A stretch of 64,000 nucleotides of DNA from Phoronis australis (lineage: Eukaryota > Animalia > Phoronida): NCBI GenBank assembly GCA_002633005.1, contig NMRA01000076.1, positions 372,001 to 436,000 of the forward strand. Direction: 5' to 3'. The translations under genes and the position numbers were made by a program. Numbering within the stretch: position 1 is the stretch's first letter; the number at the start of each line of letters is the position of its first letter. Below are positions 25,101-40,100 of this stretch, piece after piece. The notes under the pieces were generated by a model. That model was given only the letters and a program-made list of their open reading frames with translations, did no database searches and was not told the origin of the DNA.

Positions 25101-28100
25101 TTGCACAGATAGGTTATTCTTAGCAAACATTTTTAAGTCTGGTCTGTACGCCACCATTTCGCCACATTACGTGAATTAATGAACATAAGTTGGAAAAGAT
25201 TTCCACCTCGACTGGGATCGAATCTGAAATGTTTTTGATCTGTATTTCAACGCTGGTTCAAGATATACGTACTCATAGGTTATTCTTATCGCACATTTTT
25301 ATTCGACTGCGTTATTATCCCTGTTTATTGCTTTGGGAGACTTCCAAATAATGAGTAAGGTTGTGTCATCGCACATGGCCTGATGCAGTACCCTGGCTAT
25401 AGAGAAATGATTCTGTACCCAAGACGATTGCTCAAAGTCAAATTAGCTACATGAGGCAATACTTGGCTGCTTATCTGCACTACATGGGTTGGTATGCTTC
25501 GAAGTCACTGCTTAATCTTTAATACGGGGTTTAAATTTGTGTATGTTGGCACTCGGTGTATACACACCCTTGTATTGGCACAGGATACACACTTTGAAAA
25601 ATCCCACTGCACTTGGGAATTGTAGTTGGCATCGATTAATTGTCCAACCAAAACTTTACGGCATCTTGTGACACAGCGTTTTTAGAAAATGGATTTTGTG
25701 GCAATTATTTCAAAAATGTTCTTTCTCCACTAGGAGGCAGGACGCGATGGTTCACCTGGCCAAGAGGCTGCGCAACGTGCAGAAGAGTAAGATTGCCCAA
25801 CGCCTTCAAGAGATGGATGAACAGTTCCAGGCTATCAGTCAAGTCAGCCAGAAGGTGGAGTCGGAGTTCAGGGACACCAAACTAGTGAGTAATCCTATTC
25901 TACCAGACAGTCACTCATAACCTACCTGCTAATCACTCCCTCTAGTGTTTGATCATGAAACTATCCCATTTCCATACTTTTGGTGCATGACACGACGAGC
26001 CATCATGCGATCATGTTGAGCCTTGTCCCAGCCAATAACTACCTCAAGTTCTTCGAAACCCCACAAAGTACTTCTAATCTGAGTGAAGAGCAAGGTGAGA
26101 TTGGTAGTGAGTAGCCTAAATGAGAAGCTATTTTTTGTCAGAATGCGCGTGCGTAAAAGTTTCATCTTACAGCGGTGCCATTGCAGTAGTGATGTCTGGT
26201 GTCAAAATTTTGGGTAAGTAGGAAAGAGAGTGCCGGATAAATGAAATCAACACAGGTACAGCTAAGGTAGTGAGAATATGATATGGAGTACTCCAGAATA
26301 CAGACATGGTGTTTATGTTATGTAATGAAATATGTATGTACGGTTTGTTGTCAGCCTTGACCTGTAGCAGTTTTGATGTGTACTGTGAGAACAATGTTGT
26401 TCTCTTCTTCCTTCAAACAAATCACGTGGTCAAGACTATGACTCTTACACGTTGGCGTGTGTTAAAAATGTAGTCGAAGCAGATCCAGAGGTCCGTTCCA
26501 AGAAAACTTACTTAGCTATGACAAATCTTAAATTTCAGTCAATTTTAAGATAAAACTTAGATTTGTCTCAAGTCCGTTTCATAAAAGAGATCTTACGTTT
26601 GACTTATTTGTGACTTAAGTTTGTCTTAATTTTGACCATCTTACCGGATGTGGAAGTTTCAAAGTTTTGAAGTTGAGACAAATCTTAGACTTAATAAGTC
26701 AAAAGTTCTCTTAAGTCAGTTTCTTAGAGTGGGCCCCAGGACTCTGTAAGTGATTATTGCCCAGTTTTGTTAAAGAAGGAGATGTGGTCGTAATCCTGTG
26801 GTCTTTTGATATTGATATGTTATAAGCTCGTTGCATTGGGGAGAGGCTAACGCTTTTAATGCAAAGTGCAAAAATGTATTTCTGAATGTTTTATTTGCAG
26901 CTGTTGAACACTGTGGAAAACCTTGCTCAGGCTTCCCATCCGAGCCAGTACCCCCCAGCTGAAGTGGCGCAGCCCAAGCTCACTGTCACCCTTGCTGATG
27001 CTCCAGAGCAGTCCACATCTCCTCAGGGGCCACAAGCAGTTGACAGTGCACGGTATGCACAGAAATTGCCATCAACGCAGTTGGATGTTATTGTAAGTGT
27101 CAGCGATGACTTCAATGACTCTCCACTCAGCCATCACTCTGAAGCGTCCAGCAACAACAACAGTGGGTCTTCTTGGTCTAAGAGTCCAAGGTCAGCGAGC
27201 ACGCCAAAAAGTCAGCGAGGGGTGAGTCAACTATCCGCCGCTTTCGCTTCGCAAACTATGGTTTACCAGAAGTTAGCCAGAATAAACAGACATGCAAACC
27301 AAAGCATGCAAGTGAATAATACCAGTCCTTTTGTTCAATCTAGAGGGTAATGTGTATAAATTATAGGGCTGCCAACTGTTATGAATATTTGCATACTCTA
27401 CAATCTTTTAGGACCTGAACATTCACTATATTCATGTTTTCAAGTGTTATGGATTTTGAGTGGTTGTTTCTCTTCAAAAATCTAAAAGCAAAAAATATCT
27501 TAATAGTTGAGAGGACAATATCTGAACAAGAAAATGTGTCCTGAGTACTGGGCACTGGTATATAATATGTCCTGAGTACTGGGCACTGGAATATAATGTA
27601 ATTTACATGCAAGATTTTCGTTTTGTGACTGACCAATGAAAAATGCCCTTAGTTGACGTTGCATTGTGAGGATCATTGTTGAGAGCGAAACTTCAGAGAC
27701 AAATATCACGTGGAATTAAATTAGATTTAAGAATTGAGAAAAGGAATTCACCGCATTTCGTCACTGTACTTCAGCATGGAAAACTTCGGTGCCTACAACA
27801 TTGGTATTGATCAGTAAATTGCAACGAGATATTTAGTGGTACGGAGTAGTCAACACAGAAAAAGCAGACAACATGGATGTAATGAGCTGAGCTTTTATGC
27901 ATTGTTTTTTTTTATAAACACAATGTGAATCTGAAATCTTTTGGGGTGTATCACACTTTCTTGATTGAAATTTAAACTTCTTGAAAGTTTTGGAAACCAT
28001 GCAAGTTTTCACTTGCAAAATATGGATTTTTAACTTAGAAGTTACAGGTTATGTGCTTTATGGGTTGGCAGCCGTGAAATTAAGACTACACTGAGCAGAT

Positions 28101-31100
28101 GGCCTAGTTAGTAATTTAGTAAGCATACGTTAGTTAGTAAGCAGTTGAAACATTTATCGTTGAATAAATGGATATTTGCATTATTGAGTTGCAATTTGTT
28201 AATATTGAGTTGCAATTTGTTAATTCTTTTGGAAACAAATCCATTTATTATTAATCAAAAATCCCTTAGATGACTTACTACTACCCAAAGGCTGCCAACT
28301 TGTGGCCAAACAAATCTTTATCGGCTGCAGGGTTAGGGCATAGTTAGGTCAAAGGTCAATGGTTCTACCATAGTCAACTAGGGACATTCATTTGGAAGTG
28401 TAGTGGCCATAGTTCGAACTAAGGCTTCAGCTGCAAACGGTGTATGCTAAATATATTTGCGTGTTCTCATCTGTCTAGCTGTGACGCTCTCAAATGATGT
28501 TTGGGACAAACTAATTCTGCTTGGGGTTGTTAGAAGTAAGGAAAGTTGATGCTCATTATTGTATGCATTGTTGTTAAATTGAGTAAGGTGTTGTTGAATA
28601 TCCAATGATACTGGGGATTTGCATTCACGGAATTTGGCTCCTGAATGTTAGGGGTCTTGGTTGTTAGTTTGAAACAAGTGAGACAGTTTCGTGTTTGAGA
28701 AAAAAGTCAGTGGTCTTGAGTCAGTTCTTTTAGAAACTGAGGTAACTGCTAGCTTATGGAAAGTGTTACAGATAAGTTTTTATGTGTTGCAAGTGCACAA
28801 AGAACTTCACTTGCAAGTCAATGGTGCATGAAGCATAAGAAAAGGGAAATGCTTTCATGACGATAAATACTGTATTTAAATAGATATTGTGAAAAAACTG
28901 TCATTGGAGATTTAACAAAATCAGTGATATCCTCTGGGGGTGCAGTGACCATTTGAATAGATTAGTGATTAATCAGTGACATACTGTTGACAGCAGCCTT
29001 GTAGTAAAACTGTCTATATCAGCTGATGTATGGCTTACCTTCAGGATAGACGGTCCAACTGATGCCAGTCTGGGCCATTGATGTCTCATTGTTGGGCCAA
29101 ATATCAACCCCATTTCCCTCTGATTGCCATTTTAAAATCATGCAAACTTCCCCTAGTCATGCCAAAATATCCAACTTCATGTGATTAAAAAACTCCCCTC
29201 AAGGTTAAAATCACTTTTCTGTATTCCGTTAATTTTGGCTTTTTGAGGCTGTACTGATAAGGATTGGGGACCAGGTTGGGAGGCACAAGTGCTTTTCCTT
29301 TCAGGTGAGCGAGAGCCCTGCTAGCCGTAGTATTGAGTTACATCCCTACTTTTATAATTTCAGATAGTATTGTTTCCAAAATGGAATCTATGTTTTTAAA
29401 CTGAGGAATTGAAGTGTACAGGATATATCGTTTAAAAATCAACTGGTACCACGGTCTACTTGTAAACATTGCTCTGTAAAACTTATTGTAATCGAAAGTT
29501 GGTTTAAGATTAATTTTGAAGTTCTGGGAGAAAGAGATTGAAAAATTTGAGCAGCGATAACTTCCATTTTCATTGTTGTCAGATATTATTTAATATTGGT
29601 TTATGAGCAGGACATTTTTACAGCCTCTCCACAATTTGAGTTTTTCATCGTAAAAAATGTAACAGCGCCATCTATCATCTTTATGACAGCTGAATGTGCT
29701 GTGTTGATGTGGCATTTAGTGACTAACTTTTAATGTCACATATATATCATTTAATTGTAGTCCATCTGACACTTGTTTTAAACAAGTCAGTGTAATGGTT
29801 GCCTAGCAACAGTGAGGCTGAGTTTTTCCTCAAACATTCCTGCGTTCACCAGTGCATGAAGGAAATGAGCTGTTTTTAGATTGGCTCCTTCATGAGGTGG
29901 TCTCAGTCAAAATATAATCATTCAAGTGTCAAGTGTATTGTAAGGAAATAGACTGAAGTGTATAATTTATTCGTGACCACTGAACTATTTCACGATGTCA
30001 CGTTGCTGTCAGTAAGCTGTTTGTTTTTGTTTTCTTCTGTTGTTGCTAGGAAGATCCAATTTATTTTAATATTGCCTCGTGTCTAAGGTCAGTAAGCTTG
30101 TAAGTTGTCTGGAGTGAGATAGTATAACAAGATATTACTGGACATATTTCAACTGAATGTGTAGTCATTTGCTGACATTTTTTTATGGTATGTATAGTGG
30201 TGATTAAATTGTCCCTTATCTCAACCTCCAGTATTCCTCAAACGGTGCTTTTTTGTCTGTTTTCTCACCTAGACTGAATGTCTCTGTATAATGCAAGCAC
30301 ACGCCCGTTTGATAGCATTGTTATTTCCACTAGATAATTTTCTATAATAATTCCCTGGAGATTTGTACAAAGCACACCATTGCTTATAGCAAGAATTTAT
30401 ATCTGCATTTTGTTCTGTTGTGAAAAAATATTTTGTGTCTGCAAAAAATTCCAGAGACATACAGAGCCAAGTGCACACTTCTGAGAATAGCGACCGTTTT
30501 AGATTTTCTCGCTCATTCTCTTTTTGACATGGTTGGTAACAATATTTTTTTTGCAGAGAGATGACACCTCTGTTGCTGGGCTCAGTGGACTGACAGACAT
30601 TGTTGCTAGTATTATTGAGGAAGGAGGGTCCACATTTGAAATCAACGCTGGCCTGAGACAATATCAGAAAGACAAGATACTGAACAAAGCCAGGTAAAGG
30701 GAAACTGGACTGGTGGTGCTCAAGTCAAAAGCATAATTTTGCATTATTAATTACAAAAATCATTATTTCTCACCAGGGAATGCATTGTGCAGTAGTGTAT
30801 TTGTAATTTGTGACAAAGAGACTCTTATCGCAAAAATTACTTTTTTCTTAGGGGCATGTATATGATGCTGTGAGTTTTCTTGCTTGTAGTTGTTTGCATT
30901 CATGGTTTTGAACAATTTTGAAGAAAGAGGAATTTTTTAAGTTTTTCATTTTTTTAACAAAAGTGCAATGAACAATATTTCATCACAGTCATGTTTTCAT
31001 CCCTACGTTTTTCTTCATAACCCACATGACTAGTAGTGTTTTGTCAGCATTTGCTTCAATGAAGTGTGCCTTTGGAAAATAAAAAATAATGGTTTACAGA

Positions 31101-34100
31101 AAATTGCTGTCACTTTGGAGTTGCAGACTTGGTCTATGATGGAATTTAATTTAATGTGACTTGGTTCATGCTGTATTTTTCGTTTGCCTTCTTCACTCAC
31201 CTGCTATGTTGTATATATTAATAATTTCTTTCTTTTTCAATATCAATGCCTAACTGGTAATCACTTGTCCCATGTCCAGGAAGAAGAAAGACACTTCTTG
31301 TGGTTTTATGACAATGTCAGAAGCAAAAGACTTCTACGAGTTGTCACCACGAGACACTGAAACAACGAAAAAACGCCGACGAGAGTTACGCAATTTTCGA
31401 GTCCGCAAAAGTCAAGAAATGACGGAGAAAGCAAGGAAGGCTAGAGCTTCCTGGAGGGATAGCGAAACTCATCCATACCAACCTCCGGAGAATGCCTTAA
31501 ACTTGGTAATGCAATTTAGTGCCCATCCTTTGGAATAGGTTGTTTGTCTCAACTCATAGTGGTCTTGCTCTCCCCTCTTATGTGATCACGTGTCCATCCT
31601 TTTAAATTTGTCTAAAGACTAGGTTGTCGTTTCTTTTCTTTGATTCACTGTTCACAGCAAATTCTATTACATTTGCACACTTGGTAACACTGTGACTGCA
31701 TTCGTGTGCCGTTTTATTGGAAGGCAGATCAGATTTCTACTTTGTCATCTGAAAAATTGTCATGCGAACTCACATCAGCTGTCTGATCTGCATCTTATCG
31801 CCTGACTCAAAATCAGACGACAGATCTGCCTTCTTATCGTCTGACCCCAAATCAAATTTCAGATCTGCCTTCTTATCCCCTGGCCAGACAGGTGCTGGAG
31901 TCTATTTTCCAAGCCTTCCTGTTGCAGATGCAGAAAACTGCTCAACTGGGACGACAATATAACACCCAGCTGAGCAGTCAGCCAATTACCATCTTTTCAG
32001 ATAGACAAGCAGCAATAAAAGCCCTAAAGAAACCAAGTGTCAACTCTCGTTGTGTTATTGCTTGTATTGATGAGTTTAACCTTGCAATTGGAAGAGCTGT
32101 CAATATACACGGAGTCAGGACCCATGTGAAAATTGATGGCAATGAGAATGCAGACAGACTTGCAAAGATAGGAGCAAGTGTTCTGCATTGTGTCTGAACC
32201 TGCTGTCTGGGTATCTTTTGGGTACTGCAGGATGAGTATGTACCACTTGGTACGTACCCAGTCAGTAGCCCAGTGGGCCTCACTTAATCATGCAGAGAGA
32301 ACAAGGAGAATTTTCCCAATATGTTCAAACCAAAAGTTTCAAAAAACCTTCCAAGTCTAGATAGATTGGGCATAAGACTCGTCATTCAAATTTTGACGGG
32401 CCACTTTAACCGAGTACGACACACACACATTACTGGGCACATGGGGATCCCGATGTGTCCCGAGTGTGGTACTGACGTTGAAACCCCTAAACACCTGGTA
32501 CAGTCTTGCCCAGCTTTTTATAGGCTAAGGATCAACTTACTGGATGGCACTGTTACATGCCAACAACGTATAGTGCATGGCAATAAATGGAAACATCTGT
32601 CCGTTTTCTTAAAGGAGACGGGCAGACTTGAAAACTTCCTTCACGAAGAACCATAATGGGGCTCTCGTGCTTTTGCTCACTGACAGGTGTTTTGTGCAAT
32701 GGGCCCAACCATGAGGCCTGTGCACGTCTGATGCACCGCAAATGACATCAGGCCACCTGCACTGTATTTTTTCTTATCCTCTGTACCCAAATCAAATGGC
32801 AGATATGCCTTCTTATCGTACAACTCCAAATCAGATGGCAGATCAGCCGTCTTGTGGTGAGAAGCCAACATTTCAGTGATGTCTGTTCACTTGTGTTGAT
32901 ATCATGTAAATGGCCAGAAAATTAGCATTTTGCATGTTACTTTTATGTTAATTACTTGTAAGACAGCAATTAGGACACCGTTGTGAAAGCTGCCTTTAAA
33001 GGTCTGATTAAAATTCCACATCTGAACATGGTATGCGTGCTCATGTCCAGAAAAGGACTTACATTAATGAGCAGCTTAAAAGTAGGTTCCTAAATACCTA
33101 ATACATATGGGGTAGAGTTCAGTAGCTGTCTTGCAGCTAGAAATAACTAGCCAGAATCATGTGTTCTCGTTTGAATTACACGACAATATCTCGAGTAATC
33201 TCGTGAAGTCCTGCTCTTTTAGCAAGGTCCTAGCATTACCGAACACTACCAAATTCCAGCTACACGTGTTTTATATTGGCGTCATATTTTGTAAAACACC
33301 TTGCTGTTCTGCCGGCCTGTCGTCAGTTTGTGGTTATTGTCTCTTCTGGTTTTCTTGTTTGTGTGCCATCTAGGGTTTGTTTCATGAATGCTGACTTGAG
33401 ACTCAGTCGGAAACTTTGACTTGTGCTCCCCCTTTGCATTCTCTGAAAAAAGGTTTAGCCAAGTAATTATGAGCACCTCACAGTCTAGAAATAGTTTACC
33501 GAAATTATCTCATTGGCCAGCAGTTATTTGTATATTTGGGAGGCTTTGCCTTTTTGCGGAAGTGAGATTTAATTCTTTTTCAGAAATATTTATGTGAAGC
33601 ATAAGACCAAATCGCTGACTTAAGTCTTGAGTCCCTTTTCGCAAAGCAGGACCCTGTCATCACTACAGAAGACAAACTATGTGTTGTTGTCACAGCTCGT
33701 TGAATTTCATTGTGATGTTGTCGTTGTTTCATTCTAGCTGTTCTATTATATTTGCTCTGCAGAGTTTTAAAGAGATTTCTGAGATACAAGACACTCGTCA
33801 AGAGTTACGTCAGGATATGCATGGAGAGTTTAACGAAGCGAGGCTGCGTCAGGCATACGACATGATGGCCGAGATGGTACACGAAGAACCACAGTTGTCA
33901 CCGGAGACACCTAGTGAGTATTGGTACAGTGATATGTTGTGCGTTCACCTGTTCACGGCGCATTCGCCAGGTCGTTGTTTTCCAATGGAGTTATGGCATG
34001 TACGATGTTCTCACTTGGGTTCAAAAAATGATGATGCATCACCACAGACAAGTAACTGCAACTCTTATTAGGTCCTGTGAAAAGTGCAGATCTCAGACTT

Positions 34101-37100
34101 TAATAAGTGAAGTTTTGAGATGAATTAAGTGGTAGTAGCATATTCAATGGTCTCTGGTTGATGCTTATTGAAAATTGAGTAAACCTACAGCTGCAAATTT
34201 GTCGTATTAAAGCCGTCTAGAACTTGACCTAAAAAAGGTTTTTTAAAGATGGCACCATCTGTGACTTTCACATTTTGATTACCAGTGATGTCAGTGGATA
34301 TTGGCCAATTAATTCTATGCACCCAAAAAATTGTGGTCCTTTGTGTCTTCTGTCACCCGTAGTTGTCTTTTCTTGTTTGTTGATTTATCGTAAGAACTGT
34401 GATGTGGCACCCCCTCTTTACCATTTCTACTCTCAATCGTCAATTTGTGGCAAAAACGACTTGGTGAATGTTGTCAAAACTTGAGACAGGGTATGAAACA
34501 AGATTTAACCAGGGCCAGTTGATCTTGCGATGGATTCGACTTTCCAATGGCTGTTTTCTATAAGAAATTCCCTGTGCCTTAGTTTTTGGTAAAATGATTT
34601 AAAAGTTTATCAGAAAATTGAAGTACTGGTGGTATTTAGGGGAATGTGCCGATTTCTCTTAGTACTTCCTGTTTGCAATCTTAGTTTCCTGTCAGATTGT
34701 GCTAGTTAGTTATTTTGTTAACAGCTTGACAGACTGATGAATTTTAACACAACGGTTAATGGCCAAATCAACTACTGTGGCACCCCTTGTTGGCCATTTT
34801 AGTTTTCAACTAGGTATTGCTTCTCTGCCAATCATTGTCAAAATGGCTTCAATCACAGATTTTGCTGAAGCTTGGTTTAGAGATATGTGGTGGAGATCGA
34901 TGCTTGGGCACCAGTTGTTTGTTACACAGTATCCCTGGTGTAGCACTCGCTGTTGGTCATTATAGTTTCTGACTAGACCATACTTTTCTGTTGACATAGT
35001 TTGGTGAAACTTGACACAAGGTTCTATGACTGGAATACTCTGGCACCAGTTGATCATCAAACTGAACTGTTGTAGCACCCTCTGTTGGCCATCATTTTGA
35101 CAAGATGGTGCTTGTTTGTTGATTATTGTCAAGATGGCTAGACAGATTTTTTACGAACTCTGAGGGAGAGGTGTATGACTGGGATGTCTTAGCACTAGTG
35201 GACTTCACCTTCAATATCATGGTAGCCAAGTCTCGTCAGGGTGTGGTACGGTCATGGAAATATGTCAGCACTTTGCTCTTGTGTTGCTCTTGTTACAAAA
35301 GAAGTTGGTGGTCACGTGCAGTACTTACTTATAATAATGTTGATATTCTTTGCTGGTGTAGGCCGTCAAGTCAAGAAGTATAGTAAAAAAGATCTGGATG
35401 AAGAACTTAAGCAGAGACTAAGTCAGTCGATGAGAACCCACTTTCAGGCAATGACAGACAGAAGGTAACGCATGCCAGCATTTGTTGGATTTTTTCTATA
35501 CCTTGCCTGTTCACGTTTCAGTACGTACGACATGACGTGATATGACCAGTACAGTCTCCCTTTAGCGCCATGAGCACTGAATGGGCGAGTAGTAGGTCTG
35601 AGGGGAACTATTCATACCTAATCTTTCGCAAGAGCTATACAAGTCAAGTGGACCTTAGCGTTTTCATTACTACAAGGCATTTAATGTTATCTGGTCTTAC
35701 TTGCCGCTGAAAATTTGATAACATGACCCAGCATGTGCTACTCTGCTGGTAGAATCTATTCTCGATTTTGAGAAGAAATTATTGTCTTTTATACCACCTT
35801 TAAATGGTCGTAATGCTTTTTAATAAAGAGTGTGCCCTCGTTATGCCACGTACTAACTATATTTGTGACTTGTTGCTGATCTTTCAGACTCAATGCCATT
35901 TCACCTGACTACAGTTCCGATGTGTCGGACGCAGACAGCCCGCTACCTACACTGTCCGACTACGATGCACCCATCTTGAAGTCTCAGCACAGACAGGCCA
36001 GAGAGAGCAGCCCGTCTCCCCATCGACCTTGCATTACACCGCATCAAAAACGATTCTCCGGACCACCCGCTGCCGTTGCCATGGCAGCCACATTCAAACA
36101 TAGTGAACTCGTACCAGACATGAGGCTGAGTGGTAGAAATTTTGCCGGAGGAGGTGAAGTGATTTGTATCTTACAAATGATTGTATCTTACAAATGATTT
36201 TTGTGAAAGTTAAGAGAGGCACACCATTGTTTTGTGTTAGGTGTATAATTATGGGCTTATTCAGTTATTCAGAATTGTTTTTAAATGGAATAATCAACTT
36301 TCTTCATTTTCAGAATTTATTTTGCTGATGTTGCTTTAAATTTGTACTTATTTTGCCTTTGTTTCAATGTATGCTTTTACGACTGATATCAGGTTATCAG
36401 ACTTTCAATACCAACTATCTTGGACTTGCAATGGAGTCATTTTCGGGGTGCCATCATGACTCAGTTCAGAGCCTTGTAGTTCAGAAATTTATGAACCTGA
36501 GGAAAACTCCACAGGATTCGCTATTCAGTAATCCAGCTGCTGCACGAAGACTGAACCAAGCATTTCCATTCCCTGTGGTCCATAAGGCTTTGTACTGCTG
36601 GTCGCAACATGTATTTTCTTCTACTTTGACATTTTAACTAGGACATCGTAGCTCAAGCTTCCTAACATTGAGACTGGGTTCTATTTGAAACCATTGTGAC
36701 TTTCTGCCTACAAGAATTTTCAAAACTAAAGCATGGCTATAGTGTATAATTGTGTGGTGTGGATGCTAATAAGTTGCCTAATGTGGCGAATACATTCATA
36801 TGTTGATAACTGCCGAGACCAACTGCCTGGAAATATCTACGTAGCGATTTTCACAGAAGGTGTTTTCTGTGGAACAATTGCAACATTTCATTACGTTTCA
36901 AACTGACTTGATGTTCTTTCACCCAGTGAGTGTCGGCTTTCCCAGCTCCTCTCGCAAGTCCTCAAGAGTCTGTACGCCCTCTGACGAGTTCGAGCATTCA
37001 ACTGGCCGCGATGAGCCTGCTCCCTTTTCTCAGAGGGTGATGTTTCAGTTTGATGAGTACAACCCCTCACTAGATCCGATGACTGGGACAAGCTGGCAAC

Positions 37101-40100
37101 AAGAAGCAAAAGAGCTGCCTAGTAGCAATTTTGGAAGTTTTCCTCATAAATTAAGTTTATCCAGCAAACCTAAAGACAAGATGTCATCTGATGATTCATC
37201 TACATGTGGTGAACCGTCGACATGGCAAAGACAAAGAGCGTCTGTGAGAAGTGTGCAATGGCAGGCTGGTGTAGCTGAAAGCGGGAAGGCACCCAAGCAC
37301 CGTGCATTCAGAGTGCAACGTGAAAAATCGGGCTATGATGAAGATCCTTTAGAAATGTCAGTGACTGGAAGAAAGGTATTGGACCACAAGAAAACATCTG
37401 ATGAAAGCGACACTAGGAAGCAAAGACATAGGCCAAAGAGGGGGTCATCCCAGATATCCCTAGCTGATTGTGAGTGTCCACATCTCAAAGGCACATATAA
37501 TTCACGGCGAACAGCTGTAGTGCTACGACATTTAAGTGAAAAGCCCAATGATGTGAGCTCACGCGTGAAAGAAGCAAAGCCACATGTCTATAAATCATCC
37601 AAAGTTGCTAAGCTGTTGAATACAATTTACATTCCAACTGTCCGAGATGTTATGCCAGTGGCAGACGTTGCACAACAAAGCTCCCATAAACAAGAAGGTA
37701 AGAAAGGAAAGATTCCCGTTGGTATAAGGGCTACTGAGGATAGCCGTGCCTCAGCATCACAGCTGAAACAACCTGTTGTAGACAGAGTGGAAGCCAGACC
37801 TGGGAAAGTAATGAGTAAAGGTAATTGCAGACCATCATGCAAAGTTTATACGACCCCAAACGAAGTTCCAGTTAAAACTCCTTCACCGGAATTTGCTGCA
37901 GTCCTCAAAGGTGGTAAACGCCCTTCGTTAGGAAGATACTATAAAAAGAGAGTGTTGCGATGGAAAAGTAAGATGCTTTCTCCTCCTGTTTCCATTGCAG
38001 CCCTGCAAAGTGCTGTCACTGCTGAAGATGATGATTCTACAGAGTCTTTGAAAAAAAAGTTTCCCAAAGCACAGCAGCGTGCAAGTAAACACGTTGCCAA
38101 GGCAAAGAAGAGTACAAGGAAACAGAAGAAGAGAGAGACTAGCACTTTAGCCTTCAGGGTAGAAGACATTTCACCCCAACTTCCATTGTCGCCTTATAGA
38201 AAACTTTCACCAAAATTGGATTCTGATTTATTGAGGGGTGGGATCGAAGATGGAAAGATGACCAGAATACCTTGTGCTGGAGTGTATTCATCCGGCTATG
38301 GTAGTGGCTTACCAGAAACATCAGATATGACAAGTGATGATGATAAGAAAGACTTGAAGAAAGCCCCAGGAAGTTCTGCTGGACCACAAGGTTATGGCCC
38401 CACATCAAGCCACCAAAAAACATCTAAGTTTGATGCTGGCATTGGATACAAAAGAGGGAAGTTTGTTAGTCCAACGAAAAAAAGGAAAACACCAAGAAAG
38501 GGTGCAAAGAAAATTTCTAAACCTTCTCCTCATGCTTGGCAGAGGAGAAAAGCCTCTAGTGAGCAATTGTCTAAAACTTGCAGAGAAAAGGATTTGTACT
38601 TGGAAGATTTAGAATCTGATGTTGAGGACTTGAAAAGTAATAGAAATATAAGTTCTCAGTATGGAAGTAATGTTTCTGAGGTTCCAGACACAGCTGACAT
38701 TCATCTGGCTGAAGGAGAAAGACAGCAGTCATTAGCTCGACGAGAACAACATGAACCTCGACATCACATTAACAAGACGAGATTAGACAGAAGGAGAATA
38801 AGCTCTGGTTACGGAAGCGGTGATGAGATAGAGAGTGAGTCTGAGGATGGCGATGTGAGCGATATGTCTGGAAGTGAAGTCATACAAGAAGCTTGGCCCC
38901 CGAGACAATTTAGTAATTTAAAACAAGATTTGTCATTCAGATCTTTAGATGAAGGAAAATCTCTCCAGCATCCCTATGAACAGCAAGAATCCGGCAGAAG
39001 AGAATTGCAAATTGACCACAAAAGGTCAGAAACAGCTGAGCTTTACAATGAAACTGAACATCAGCAACAGGCTCATCAGGAAGGACAGCAGAATTTTTCG
39101 TGTAATGATCAGAATAAAAAATTATCACATGAAACTGTGTATGAGCATGACTTGTCTAGAAAAAGTAAAACGTTGGAGGAACAAACATTTGTTGATCACC
39201 AACAGGGAGAATCAGTCAAACAAACTGGTCAGCATCTCTTGTATGAAGAACAGAGGCTGCCAGAGGAATACCCTTCTATAGTTCAGGAACCCGAGCAATT
39301 GGACCAACAAGGTATGTATAAACAACAGGGACTGTCCAAGGAGAAAGCATCTGTGGATCAGCAGCTGAGAAAATCTCTGCAACAGGTTGATCATGAACGT
39401 TATGAGCAACAAAGGCTGTCGGGAGAACAAAGTCTTGCAGATCAGCCACAAATGGTATCACATGAAGATGTTGATCAACGAGGCATGTATGAACAACAAA
39501 GACCATCAAGAGAAGAAGGACTTGTGGATCAGCAGTCGAGGGCATCATTGCAACAAGTTGATCAACAATTTCTGAATCAACAATGTCAACCCTATGAAGA
39601 ACAATTTCTTGTGGATCAGTCACGTAGAGCATCACGTGAACAAGTTTATCAACAAGACTTGCGTGGACAACAAAGACCATCAGGAGATAAAGGGCTTGCA
39701 GATCATCAATGGAGGACATCATTGAAAGAAGTTGATCAACAACTTCTGGATCAGCAATGGCAACCCTCAGAAGAACAACTTCTGGTGGATCAGTCTCGAA
39801 GAGCATCACCTGAACAAGATGACCAACAAGGCACGTATAAACCACAAAGACCATCGGAAGAACAAGGACTTGTGGACAAGCAATGGAGCGCATCACTGCA
39901 AGTTGGTCAACAATTTGTGGATCAGCAACAAAGAACATCTTATGAATTACTTCAGGAACACTTGTCTAAAAAAACACAGGTAGAACAGGTGCTTATTGAT
40001 CAACAGCAGAGAGCATCAATGGGAAAAGTTGATAAAGAAAGCATAAAAACACCTCATAGATCATCGAGAGAGCAGTTTCTTGTTGGCCAACAACAAGAAG

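Noticed and set aside
28183-28224. Short perfect duplications (21 bp here; 19 bp at ~36160-36199)
   Set aside because: Ordinary slippage duplications in introns with no further structure
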